A stretch of DNA of 63,885 bases, filler included, from Welwitschia mirabilis (taxonomy: Eukaryota), in NCBI GenBank assembly GCA_051453625.1. It is 7 parts of one record of this genome, joined end to end, with 100 filler letters (N's around TTAATTAATTAA, not from the genome) between each part and the next. Parts side by side here need not be neighbours in the genome. Positions count along the whole stretch, not along the records: positions 36,664 to 51,627 come from JBOZIK010000001.1; positions 51,728 to 53,959 come from JBOZIK010000001.1; positions 54,060 to 59,450 come from JBOZIK010000001.1; positions 59,551 to 61,533 come from JBOZIK010000001.1; positions 61,634 to 63,885 come from JBOZIK010000001.1; 2 more parts are not named here. One strand, given 5' to 3'. Below are positions 51,241 to 63,885 of this stretch, in pieces. A program made the translations under genes and the position numbers. How positions within the stretch are numbered: position 1 is the first letter of the stretch; every line of letters begins with the position of its first letter. Below the pieces are notes generated by a model. It had not been told where the DNA came from. It saw nothing but the letters and a program-made list of their open reading frames with translations, and made no database searches.

Positions 51241-51728
51241 NNNNNNNNNNTATTTTGTGCTTGGCATATGATACAGAGGGCTTAATTATAATCTTTGAGC
51301 CTTAATAACTTGGGTTAGAGTATGAGTTGATATGGTTCTACCCATACCGTAAGTGGGATAGGTTTCTATCATATTCAGTATGAAACAAGAAGACCTAGAC
51401 AATTAGTTAACCTTGATAATGATGGATTACAACATTGCTCAAGGACATAACTATTAAAATTGCCTTTTTAACAAAATAAAGTAAATGAATAGTTAAAAAG
51501 CAAATAGATGTATTATAGACTACAGTTCTAAGTTTTTTTTTTTTTAATGAAATAAATGTATCTAATTCATATTACTCATTAGAATGATACATGTCAAAAC
51601 AAGTGTAACTTTGAGGTAAAATATGAANNNNNNNNNNNNNNNNNNNNNNNNNNNNNNNNNNNNNNNNNNNNTTAATTAATTAANNNNNNNNNNNNNNNNN
51701 NNNNNNNNNNNNNNNNNNNNNNNNNNNT

Positions 51729-52655
51729 TTCCATTTTCCAAGGTAAGGCTAAGTTGTTTAATATCTCCAATGTATTGAAGGAGATCCTCATCATCTTCTC
51801 CACTAAAATTTGGATAGGCATGTAAATTTTTAAGCTCGACATCATCTCCTAGGGGTAGGTTAAAAGGTATTTGAATTTCTCTTTTCTTGTTGGCTAATAA
51901 TTCCCTTAGGTTAAGATTTGCATTAGGGGTAGAAGATCCTATAACTTGTTTTTGTTTACGAGAGGCACTTAACATTGTAGATTGATTCTTTCCTTCTATA
52001 GATTTTTCATCAATAAAATCTAATTCAGAAAAATAAATTCCAAAGAAGGTTTAAGTGCACTTGGATATCACTCTTTTGATTCATTTTCTATTTCCTCTAG
52101 TCCTTATTTGATGTTCTCTTCTATTAGATGCTTTTTTTTTAGATATTTCTTTTGTAAGTTGACCATATCATAGCATCCTATAAATAGAAAACAAAAAAAA
52201 TAAATAAAAAATAATAGACTGTCATCCTATCTATTGTGAGGATAATAGAAGAGACGATGCACATAGAAACAGAAAAGTAGAAACAGAAACAAAACTAAAA
52301 TAAAAAGTAGAAAACATAGAAAAAATGCCTATTGTCCACTTGTTTATCTAGATGTCAAAGGAGACAACAAAAAACTAATTTATTTAGAAAAATTGTAATC
52401 TAAGAATAAAATCCAAAATAAAAATAACACACTATTTTCCTAACTATCATGTGGATGACAGAGCGGATGATCATACTTTTTACAGAAAACTAAAATCGAA
52501 AAACTGAAACTAAAGAATAGTATATAGAAAACCTATAGCTCCTAATAAAATACAATGTTTCATAGATAAATAACCGAACCGAGGTACGATATCTTCACCC
52601 AAATGATGATAACCCTTGTACTTCTTAATAGCCCTCCCTAATAATGGCACTAATT
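51729..52655 (-). mobile_element. Athila-type PBS, leader and gag N-terminus
   Basis: LNLRELLANKKREIQIPF..LKNLHAYPNFSGEDDEDLLQYI, colinear with 34740-35650. Decayed PBS at about 52634-52652. Confidence 0.82.
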
Positions 52656-53715
52656 TATTGCAATGTGTATTTATGCAAGATTTTATATTTAAAGAGATCC
52701 TATCATTAATAATCAAAATAGATATTCTACATAATACATCACACTAGTATAATGGGAGTTAAACTGAAATGTCATATCCACATTAAAGTCTATGAGTATG
52801 AAATTTAGGTTGCTTTATAAAATAATAGGAACCAGAAAGTAAATAACAATGAAAGAAATAAAGGTACAATGCAAGATGTAAAATGCAATCTAAACTAACA
52901 TGCAATGGAAAAATAACCCTAACTCTAATTGTTTTTAGCCTTAACAAAGACTACCATTGATAATCTATATTATCCAAGAAATTATCACTAGATCAATAGC
53001 AACATAGACTATTAGATTCATAAGAAAATCTAACATATAAATATGAAAATAAAACAAGGTTTTTATATTAAAGAGTAACAAGTATCTTAGTTACAAAATA
53101 GTCGAGTCTCAGTGGAAGATACTTAACCCTCCACAAAGTGTATGTCTTTCTATAATGCTCAAGATAGATCTTCTGCCCTTTACTCTCCTAGCACAAGAAT
53201 ATCCGATGCATTAAAGATAAGAATGAGAGTCAAAGAGGGGCTTATTTATAGGAAAATATAGCAGAAAAGGATAGACCGTAGGTGAAGTTAGGTGTGTTCA
53301 TTAAGAAATCAAAAATGGATGAAATAATTAAGGGAATATGTTAGTGACAGTTACATGTCAGTGTAATGTAGGTTGTTGTTCGGATGACATAAGGAATGAT
53401 AGCACATCATAGAATATCTTTAAAATGATGACTCAACAGTCTACATCAGCATTCCTCACCCTGCCTGTCATGTGGATAACAGACCTATTTGATGATTTCT
53501 TGAGGAGAAACTTAGCATTTTTGTCATAAATCCTTTTTCAAAGCTCTGTTCATCAGAAAGTGTGTTTAATGCATCAAATTTAGATAATAATTATACTTTT
53601 CTGATATTTCCTCTTGTATCTCCAAAATCCTTGGAATTATACCTAATCCTATATAAAAGTCTTACAAAACCACTTATAAAACCCCATCAAATAACTATAA
53701 ATTGGCAATGCAACA
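52656..53715 (-). repeat. Athila-type LTR flanked by a PPT (upstream) and a PBS (downstream)
   Basis: AAGTAGAGGGCTA-TGTTGCATT at 53715. CACATTGCAATA-AATTAGTGCCATTATTAGGG at 52656. Confidence 0.85.
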
Positions 53716-54529
53716 TAGCCCTCTACTTAGCCTTTATTAGTCCCTGATAAAAACTAGATAGAAAAACTATAATTGTGAGCCAATTTATTTTTCAAAAGAT
53801 AAATCTAAAAATTATAAAATAGGCTTATAAAACACATGACCTAGATAAATGACAAGTAATGTATAATGTATATGAAAATTTTGAAAATTCTATGTCATAA
53901 AAGTTCAAAATTTAAAATTTTTTGAAAAATGAGCCATGAAAATGGGTTTTTAACGCCCCNNNNNNNNNNNNNNNNNNNNNNNNNNNNNNNNNNNNNNNNN
54001 NNNTTAATTAATTAANNNNNNNNNNNNNNNNNNNNNNNNNNNNNNNNNNNNNNNNNNNNATTTTATTAACTATCGTCCTACTCATTGTCCAGATGACAAA
54101 GAGGACGACAAAGACAAACAAATAGAAAATTATTAGAAAATACAAAAATTTATTAAAAAGCTAAAAAACTCTATAAAGTTGTCTATTGTCTACCTTGTCA
54201 TGGGTACAATAGAGGAGACAACAGATTATTATGACAAAAATAAGAAATAGAAATTGCAAACAGAAATAAAAACTAAAAATAGGAAATGAAAATAAAGACT
54301 CTAAAAATAGAAAACTAAACAAAAAACATGTAATAAAATTTTATTCAAAATCCTAAATCTAACACCACACTTTTATTAAAAGGAATGAAAAGAAAATCAA
54401 GGATCTGTTATAGTTTCAAGTTTTTTAGAGAAGTAATGTTAAAACCATAAATTCATTAATTGATAAAACATAAGATGTATAATTATTTTCATGTAAAATC
54501 AATTAGATGAAGATAGGAGTAATATAAAC
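53716..54529 (-). mobile_element. Athila-type 3' internal non-coding region (linker gap inside), interrupted by a SIRE
   Basis: 53716-53960 matches 18077-18320. 54180-54520 matches 32185-32530. Confidence 0.75.
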
Positions 54530-55830
54530 TGATAGGATTAAGAACTCTTGGGGAAGTGGGGGGGGGGAGGGGAAGGGAAAGAGGGTTGGTTTTGAATAAT
54601 TTCTTTCAAAAACTTAAAATCAAAATACATTTAGGTAATCTAATCACTACTTGCATATAAACATAACTAAATCAAGAATGAACATATAAGAAATGAAAAA
54701 CTGAATGTAATGAATCAAAAGACACAAAATCATAAACAACTAGTTTAGATGCATGCAAGATTTATAGTAGATTGGAAACTTCCCTGCTCCACTCTCGATA
54801 ATTAGCTTCTCTCAAACTTGATCTTGGATTTCTATTACTTCACAGGTTTTGCCATGTTTACTTATAACCCTTACAAACAAACTTTTATAGGCTAAGTCTT
54901 AATCTTAACACCATAATTTTGAAGGCGAAGTATCAACCTTTAATAACTAACTTTTGTAGGCTAAATCTTAACCTATAAAATCAAATAGAAGTAATGCAAT
55001 GCAGCTTTAATAGCTCTGATATCACATTTTTAGTATCAATACAATGAATGGAGCTTTTCTTCAATAGAATATAATGATGAAGCCCTTAGATCTGATTCTG
55101 AGTGAAGTTATTTTGCCAAGAATAGAGCTTCTCAATAAGATATGAAGCTATACAATGATATGGCAATGAAAAATACCACTTAATCTTTTAGATTCACAAT
55201 GAATATACCAATTTAAAAAAGTGTCAAAAGATCTTTAGGTCATCGATTGCCTAGCTGTTTATAATGGAGGGTTACTAGAGTTTATTACAAATTAATTGTA
55301 TCTCTAACAACTATAAACAATTAGAAAATGACTAGGTAATGGCTAGGTAATGGATACATAACATCTACAACTTTTTCTTTTCTACACCATCTAGTTGACC
55401 CCACAAAAATCTAGTCAACCCCATGAGAACTCAATCGATCCTATCATGGGTTTGGTTGACCCCTTATCTCTTGGTCTAGAACTATGGACTGTTAGCTTCT
55501 CAGGTATAATCGATCCCATGAAAATCTGGTTGACCCCTCTTCTCTCAGTCTAAAACTATTGGTTCTTAATCATAAGTCAGTTAATTCCTTTATAATCTGG
55601 TTAATCCCTTTATGTTCAGTTCATTTCTTTATGATTACTTTAGGTGTGGTTGATTCCTTTAGAATCTAGTCAACCCCTACTGGAGATAAACATAACTGAG
55701 TAGTTTTTCTAGTGCTTTTTGGTCTAAATCTTTCACGTGAAAAACTCAATCTCATCTACACATAATATGTAATAATTTAAACTACATAAAAGAAATTAGT
55801 TTGATATTAATTAGAAAATATAAACTAACA
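54530..55830 (-). repeat. SIRE family-2 3' LTR
   Basis: TG...CA ends, C-rich tract near its 3' end (54559-54585), colinear with 20107-21453. Confidence 0.88.
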
Positions 55831-56691
55831 ATCTCCCTCTTTAACATTGATGGCAAACAATAAGTGATTTCAAAAAATTTAAATCAATTTAAGCTCATTC
55901 ACCAAATACTTTTAAGCACACATTTAAAAATCAAAACTTCTCCTTACATAAAGGCAAATATACATTCAAGTAAGGAGTAAAATACATAAACATTTAAAAG
56001 GCTAATATCTCAATATCTTAAGAAAAACTTTTGAAAGTACACTACCAATATTTTGAAAGCACACTACTATTATTTATCCTCCTTTGACATCAATGACAAA
56101 TGAATATAAAATTTAGATAAATGGTCATAACTGCTCTCCCCTTATGTTGATACTAAATGATAAATAATGATAAGCCAAAATTTTGAAACATATTTAATCA
56201 TTTTGAATAGACAAAAATTTTTAGTACTTTTAAATGAGACAATTTTTGAATAAGCACAACTTTGAGAAAACATAGTTTTACCAAAAGTGATGATAAAAAA
56301 TACTTATGAATTATATATTTAAATGATACCCTTTGAAAATACAATACAATACCAAATGATAATGCAAAATATGATCATAAGAACACTCAATAATTTGATT
56401 TCCATGAAACAAATTTTAACTCATTTTTAATTGAGATAATAATTTTAATTCTGTTCTAAATATATTGCACTTAAAAATACCAAAATAATGCAAGGATTAA
56501 GTTCAAACCTAAGACTATATTTTATTAACAAAACAAATTATTACAAAGTTTCAAACTAAAAAAAAGAGATGTAAATGCTCATCAAGAGCATACATCTGGA
56601 AAAAAATTCACTAACAGGCCCAAATCTCTCTTTTTGATAACAAAAGCAAAAAAGAGAATAACACAACTATGTTATGAAAGATAAGAAGGAT

Positions 56692-57734
56692 TTAATTTAA
56701 TTCTACCTCTTCTTCTTCTTCCTCTTCTTCAGTTTCCTCCTTTGAATCTTCTTCATCTATACTAGTATAAGAAGAGATGGTACCTTTAGCTAAGGTATCC
56801 ACAATGTCATATCTGACATCTATAAGTGCTTCTTTCATATGCCTGATATGAGAGTCAATCTGTTTCAAATATAAAAGAGTCTTATTTGGAGATGTTGCTT
56901 TTGGGGTTTTAGAAGGGGATTTCTTCGAAGAAGTAAAGATATGCATGCAAGAGAATGTCACACACTTAATGGATAACAAAGACTGAAGTGTCTCTAAAGA
57001 AGGATGTATATTAATAGGGAAATAAAGATAGATTTTAGTGATAAGCACAGAGTAGGATAGAGCCCTAGTTCTATGGTAGTCCAACTGTGAAGCCATATTT
57101 TTCAATATTATGGTAGGGCATCAATAGAATGCTTAGTTCCTATCAAATACATCAAATATGCCCTATAATTAGAGGCTTCATCATAATGATCAGCTAAAAG
57201 AAGAAAATTATAAGTAAAGATCAAATGAATAAAGCGATATTTGGAAGTCAACAGAGAAGTAGATATGGTGTGTTTTCAAGTATGCACTTTACCGCAAATC
57301 TCCCTGGTAACTACTGGCTTATCTTCTATGGTATCTCTCAGAGTCCAAAACTTCTCATAGTCTCCCTGTGAAAGATTAGTTAGCTTTGAAATAAGATCTG
57401 CTATTACTCTTATTCTTCTACCTAAAACTAGGATTTTTAAAATCCTGGTATCACGATTAAAAGAAGTGTTACAATAAAACATTATAGTAAGAAAAGGGTA
57501 TGCAAAACCTAAAACATCTAAGAAATGATATAGATCTTGATCTTTCAAGAGATGAATGACATCTCTTAGTTCCCTAAGATCATATGTGGCTACTGACCAC
57601 TCCTGACATGTAGCTTTCTTCTTAAACTTTTCAGAGAACTTATCTATAGCTTCTTCAGATATTCTATGATAGAAGTAGGGAGGTTATCTTAAAGAACCTT
57701 CCTTTGGAACTCTCTTGAAAGAGCTAGCTATCAT
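56692..57734 (-). pseudogene. SIRE extra ('env-like') ORF, near full length, few lesions
   Basis: ORFs 57276-57548 and 56692-57105 plus connecting sequence. ALSYSVLITKIYLYFPI, acidic C-terminus, homologous to 8800-9799. Confidence 0.8.
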
Positions 57735-60236
57735 TATAAGAATTTTGAAGGAAAGAAAACTAAGAAAATTACTAGATCTAGCTATAAATTTTCTTAATCT
57801 AGAAGAAAACTAACTAGATCTAAAGACTTGAAGGTACTAGATTAAGATAAATCAAGTTAGGATTCTAGTTCTTTTATAGATTAAGGAAAATGGGGCAGAT
57901 TTGAGAAATAAATCTAGTCCACTGACTTTACTTTCACACTGTAATCCGTTAGGTTCAGTCGATCACTCGAATATTTAATCGATCCATTGAGATTCAAGTT
58001 TATAGTACTAGAAGGGATCCAGGTGACCAAGATTTCAGATGGATTGACTGACCACATCTGATCAACCTAATCATAGATCTGGTTAACCATCCTGCAATCA
58101 GCTAAGGGATAGTGTACTGAACTCTAGATCACTTCTATAAAGGATAAATTAATTACAAAAACTAGAGTTTACATCAGATTTGACTAAATGACATTTATTT
58201 CTATCATAATATTTCCTAAAATGTTGATTTACATGAATTGATTAATCAAGAGTTTTAACATCTAATTTGTAAGCATTATCAACACATTTTACACTAAAAA
58301 TAACAACATTTATTTTCTCATTCTCAATCATACATTTATATTTATGAAAGAATATTCTATGCCCTTTGTCACAAAGTTGGCTAAAACTTAGTAGATTGTG
58401 TTGTAAACCATTTATATAAAGTACATTATTGAAATTAGATGACATACCTCATTTGATGCTTTATGTACCTTATATTTTTGCTATTTGGTTATTTTCAAAA
58501 ATGAATCTCCTTCATTTATGCTCTTCAAGTTCTAAAAACTTGATTTATCTCCTATCATAGGTATTAAACAACTTCTATCTAGATACCAACTATTTAAATG
58601 AGATTCTATACAATTTATCTGTGTCATAAAACTTTGGAGATTATTAGATTTAACCCACTTAGTCTTATTTAACTTAGGTGGTGTATTCTTCTTAGGAATA
58701 AATTTAAATGATAAATCATTCATATGTTTAGAAGTAAACATCATATATCTAAATTTGCAAAATAGTTTAGAATGATAAAACCTACCACAAAAATTACATA
58801 AGATATTAGAGACATACTTACTTGTTTGGTTTACTTGTTTTTATGATATTTGTGCTTCAAAACCAATATATAATTTGTCTCCATTTTTNNNNNNNNNNNN
58901 NNNNNNNNNNNNNNNNNNNNNNNNNNNNNNNNNNNNNNNNNNNNNNNNNNNNNNNNNNNNNNNNNNNNNNNNNNNNNNNNNNNNNNNNNNNNNNNNNNNN
59001 NNNNTGTACTTTTCTTTCAATTCCTACTTTTCTTTTGTAATGGTTTTACCATTTTATTCAACTCATTAATTATCTTATCGAGCTTATCACATTCTTTATA
59101 TAACTCTTGACAGGTTTCTTCTAACTCATCTTCCTCTTTATCAATCATATCTATGTCATCTTATATTTAAGTACTAGGCACATTCTTGAGTGATGATATG
59201 AGGGCCATAAAAGATAACCTCCTTTCTCTTTCTGATACATGATCTGAGTAATTCTCTTTGTTTTCATCATATCCATTATCCCAAGTTGCTATGAATGAGG
59301 TGTTTTTAGGCTTCCTGCTTTCTCTTCTAGTATTGGAACATTCGTTGGCCATATGTCCAAATCCTTTACATTAGTTGAATTGGATTTCTTTTCCCTTATC
59401 TTGATCTTTTCTTTATTTTGGATTGTTTCTCCTTGGATTCTTACTCGATTNNNNNNNNNNNNNNNNNNNNNNNNNNNNNNNNNNNNNNNNNNNNTTAATT
59501 AATTAANNNNNNNNNNNNNNNNNNNNNNNNNNNNNNNNNNNNNNNNNNNNAGTGTGAGAGCATTCAAAGTTTTAATTCACTGCCTCATTCGGCAATCTGT
59601 GAAGCCCACTACCTCATTTGGTGATCTGTGGGATTTTATCTATTTTCCCACTTCCTCATTCAGTGATCTATGGTTCAATAGATACTTTGAGGGTAATTAG
59701 CCTTCAAATATAAAAACCCAATTCTTTATTTTATTCCCTCTTAAAACATTATAAAAGCCATTTATAGGACATAAGTGCTTTCAATAGAGATCCNNNNNNN
59801 NNNNNNNNNNNNNNNNNNNNNNNNNNNNNNNNNNNNNNNNNNNNNNNNNNNNNNNNNNNNNNNNNNNNNNNNNNNNNNNNNNNNNNNNNNNNNTATTTTA
59901 TTCCCTCTTAAAACATTATAAAAGCCATTTATAGAACATAAGTCCTTTCAATAGAGATCCTTAGACAATGTGGGACTAAAAGCAAGGAAATAACAAGATA
60001 TAGTAAAATATAAAAAGAAAACTATAAGGGGATCACATCGCTCCACATCAGAAAGAGAGGTGCATAGACAAATGTCAAAATGATGTTGCAGGAATGCTTG
60101 AAGAAAACACAGCAGTGCCAATCTTATGTCAATAACATGGCCGTCTGTTGGCACTACTGAGGGCCAAGTAAAAGCACCAAGAACATCGCCATTGCTGATT
60201 CAGGTGCTCCTTTTCCAAAAATGAAATGAAGAACCT

Positions 60237-61533
60237 GTGACCATAGAAAGGAGGCTTCGAAAGACAGAAGACATGAATATTCACCTCTTTATTATCATCT
60301 CTGTTGCTATTATTTCCATTATTTTGCTGGTTAACTCATGGAGTTTGGATCTTGATGAATTTTGGATAATTCCTGACACAATCAAAGCGACTCAAGGAAT
60401 TTTACATGGAAACAATCAGAAGAGCTTTGCGAACAGTTACAATGTGACTTCCGAGAAGAAGAGTGGCCTGGATTATGTTGGAATAGGCATATGCTAGAGT
60501 AAGGTAGAAAAATTGATTAATACCAATCCTGAGTATGAATTCTCTTGCTATAATTACTGGTGTGAGTTTAGCGATTCTCTCCGTTGCTTTGCTGATTTTC
60601 TTTTGGACTGCATAACCCTATGATTTCTCCTTTAGTCTCAGCACGACTCTAGGAATGCCACAGCCAAGGAATCAGACTCATGAGAGTTTACTCAAAAATA
60701 AACTGAATGCCTCATCCTTGATGATTGCAAAATCTGATAAAAAGGAATGTCCGGCAGACGTCGAGATGATTTTGGCACAAGCTAAGGATTCTATTAGAAA
60801 AGCGTTGTTAAGAAACGACTTGAAATACATGCCTTGCGAATACTACATCTATTGCACTCGGTTCGAATTTTATAGGAGCTACAGACAAATGGAGAAACAA
60901 ATGAAGATCTATGTTTATAGAGAAGAAGAACCGCCGTTGGTACATGATGCTCCTATCACTGGAGTCTGCTCCATCGAAGAGCTATTTATTAACCAGCTCG
61001 AAAACTACAAAACCAAAAATGGAGAAAGCTTTCTGATGTCGCACCCAGAATAAGCATGTCCGTATTTTCTTCCATTTAGCATTATGAGGATGATTAAGCT
61101 TTCCTGCAAGGGGACTTGGCATAGTCCTTCCAACAGAGACATTAGGGCGCTTGTGAGAAACTACATGAATGTTATTTTTAGAAAGCATCCCTTCTTCAAT
61201 CGCAGCAAAGGATCTGATCATTTCATGCTTTCATGTCATGATTGGGCTCCATTTGCTTCCAAAGCAAATGATTTCCTTTACACAAAGTCAATTAGGGTTC
61301 TATACATTGCAAACGTTTCAAAAGGATTTGTGCCAGAAAAGGATGCATCCTTGCCAGAAAGCAGGAGGAAATCATGAATCAGTAAGACTTGATACTCTTT
61401 GAGCACTGGCTTGAACACAATCCAGACGTGCAAGTGTACATGTATGACGTAGCACGAAAGCATTCAAAGAGAAAACCCTTGAAAAGGGAGAGAAATCCAA
61501 ATAACTTCTATTTCAAAAATTGTTGTCTACAAC
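60237..61533 (+). pseudogene. Exostosin-family (GT47) glycosyltransferase pseudogene, At5g03795/XGD1-like clade
   Basis: N-terminal TM (LFIIISVAIISIILLV). FYRSYRQMEKQMKIYVY..PPLVHD, YFLPFS, FNRSKGSDHFMLSCHDW, SIRVLYIANVSKGFVPEKDASLPE, AGGNH..LFEHW. Stop at 61051, deletion and frameshifts at about 61360-61390. Confidence 0.9.
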
Positions 61534-61633
61534 NNNNNNNNNNNNNNNNNNNNNNNNNNNNNNNNNNNNNNNNNNNNTTAATTAATTAANNNNNNNNNNN
61601 NNNNNNNNNNNNNNNNNNNNNNNNNNNNNNNNN

Positions 61634-62613
61634 AGACTAATCTATGAAAATAAATAGCGATGCACCTAATCTAATTAAGCTCAACCTTAACGAAGGCTGC
61701 CCTCATAATCCATATAATTAAAGAAACCTTTTATGAATCTATAACAACATGAACTATGAGGGATAAGTTTCTGCAATTAAAAAGAGTAATTCATATTAAA
61801 GTAAAAATGCATCTATATTACAAAGTAGTCGTTCCTCAATGGAGGATACACCGCCCAACACCAAGGTAATGTCTCTCTGGATTACAAAATAATTCTCTAG
61901 TCCCAAGATCTCCTGTCACAAGAATGTCAAGTACTATCGAAGATGATTAAGAATTGAGGGGGAGACCTTTATTTATAGGCAGAAAGGGAAAAGGGGCGAA
62001 CAGAAAAGCATAACATAAACTCTAGCTATCAAGAAAGGGAAATTCGCAATTAACAAGCGACAACTCAAGAATACAATTTGTAAAAGTATAAGAAGGCAGT
62101 TTTGTCCAAATGGTCGTCTGGACGATGGAGGAGACAACAAGATTTCACACTGAGTTATCTTAGTTTACTTCCAGTTTAACTATCTGTGATCTTCATGCAA
62201 ACTGTTATTGACTAATTCTAGAGATGTCATCCACTAGTGTCGTCTGCACGATGAGGTGGATGATGGAGTCTAATGATAAGATGCTTACTTCAACTGCAAG
62301 CTATCTAGAATTAAGTCTTTCATCTCTTCAATTAGGGTTATCGTCCTAACTGTCGTCTAGACGGCATAGGGGATGATAGTCTTCTACTCATCCTTTGTCA
62401 GTGTGATATCTGGTTGTTTGTAAAGATAATCATCCGAAAATACAATTTATCCATATCTATATGAAATCCTCGTGAATTATCTGATAAACTGCATGTTTTT
62501 GTCTTGTGCTCCTAGATTCTCAATTGTCATAGAAACTGAGTATTTATCTGTTAGTTTATCTGCAAATCAACTTAAAATACCCTATCAAATACACTTAAGT
62601 TGGCATCGCAACA
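61634..62613 (-). repeat. Athila-type LTR (same family as 38785-40386), 3' end lost in gap
   Basis: Starts TGTTGCGATGCCAACTT at 62613. 61880-62300 is colinear with 39651-40100. Confidence 0.8.
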
Positions 62614-63169
62614 GGTACAAAATATGAAAAAGAAAGTAAAGAAAAAGGCAGGTATTTATAGTTTTATAGTGAAGTTCTAGAAGCTTAATCCTATAAGTCA
62701 GAGAAGAAACCCTAGCAACCCATACGGGTTACATAAACCCATTACAAAGATAATTCTTTTTGTCCATAAAAAATAATTATAGTCTTAACTATTATGGGGA
62801 TGATCATGGGGATGTCACTTCATGTCAAAAGATGGTCCATCAGCTTCAGGCCCCATAGTCAACTCCAAAGACTTCATCCACATTAGTAATGTTATTATCC
62901 TACCTCTCATGAGGATGACCTAGGGAATGCTAGTGTTTTTCATCTTCTGTCTTAAAGAGAAATCAGTCTTTTGTATAGTAAATCCTTCTTTTAAAGTATG
63001 AAGTATCAAAATAAGCTTGAGATACCTCCAAATATATTAAGAATCACATGTTTCAGTGATTATCCTGTTAGTTCTTTAGAATAAACAGAATTACATCCAA
63101 ACCTGTATAAATATCATACAAAAGTACTCAAAATATACTATCAAATTCCTAAAAATTAGCATCATAACA
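62614..63169 (-). repeat. Athila-type 3' LTR 5' part (family of 1638), interrupted at 62613
   Basis: PPT AAGTAGGAGGCTA then TGTTATGAT at 63169, matching 1625-1800. Confidence 0.78.
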
Positions 63170-63885
63170 TAGCCTCCTACTTATCCTTACCAATCCCTAA
63201 CAAGGTAAATGATCAACTATGTTATTATCCAATTTGACAAAGATAACAACAACTAGAAAAATGTAATTTTAATTCAATTTTACCATGCAAGAACAAACAT
63301 CAAAAACCAATTAATTAACATAAATATTAATGTATCCATAAACCTCCTACTTAAACACATCGTAGTAAAGAAAATGAATGTCATACACATAACAAAAGTC
63401 ATAAACTATTATGATGATAGCTCAAAAAATAATATGATTACATAATTTGAGATAGTAATCTAAAACAGATGTATAAAACTTAAGTAGTGATATCTTAAAG
63501 AATGATTCATCTAATTTTATTAATGTTTTCTAAAAGGAGCAAAGTATAAGACTAAACATAGAATCTTTCCTTTAGATGATTTAAAACATAGTTGTAGGAA
63601 AACTATATGAGTATGATATTATACCTCTTCTAGAAAAAGTCCATGAAATGTATTTAAATAATATGAAATCATATTCAAATAACTTATCATAAATATATAT
63701 TATGAAATCTCAAATGTAATCCTTTTAATTTAAAAAAAAAAATTCTTAATATCTTAGACTTATGCTCAAAAAGATGTCCTGATTTCTCTCCACAGAGGTA
63801 AAGTAAGACATCTGAGATTGCATAGAGTAAAAAGGATGATTATCATCCTGGATGCCATGAGAATGATAGAAGTGGAACGACAGTG
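63170..63885 (-). mobile_element. Athila-type PPT plus 3' internal non-coding region
   Basis: Reverse-complement similarity to about 1150-1637. Confidence 0.65.

Larger units (their letters stand above)
54530..59450 (-). mobile_element. Non-autonomous SIRE-type element, second copy (gag C-term-PR-spacer-extra ORF-multi-PPT-3' LTR)
   Basis: WYLDRSCLIPMIGDKSSF and NVLYINGLQHNLLSFSQLCDKG, then the same spacer as 24310-24790. PPT AGAGGGAGAT at 55831-55840. LTR TGTTAG(55830)..CCTATCA(54530). Confidence 0.88.

Noticed and set aside
59948-60230. Possible gene fragment upstream of the GT47 pseudogene
   Set aside because: No recognisable motif in the frames examined, so it cannot be supported.

Overview
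AT-rich, gap-ridden land-plant nuclear scaffold, largely a nest of decayed LTR retrotransposons. No intact host gene is visible. It contains: (1) a decayed Ty1/copia SIRE (Sirevirus) element with gag-PR-INT-RT-RNaseH plus an extra 3' 'env-like' ORF; (2) two independent copies of a second SIRE family that lack INT/RT/RNaseH at the same junction but keep gag-PR and the extra ORF; (3) many Ty3/gypsy Athila-type pieces, including one decayed gag-pol, gag-PR-only derivatives, one with an extra 3' ORF, and one LTR flanked by both a PPT and a PBS; (4) two LINE remnants; (5) an intronless eEF1B-gamma pseudogene fragment; (6) a GT47/exostosin glycosyltransferase pseudogene; and (7) an unassigned ~1.8-kb island (28.1-29.9 kb). 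By eye, the island's decayed frame resembles a negative-strand RNA virus nucleoprotein followed by rhabdovirus-like gene-junction motifs; this is speculative and needs an HMM or structure search. All calls come from manual translation and motif recognition; no searches were run. Many 100-N gaps have duplicated flanks, and six gaps carry an artificial TTAATTAATTAA linker, so adjacency across gaps is unreliable.
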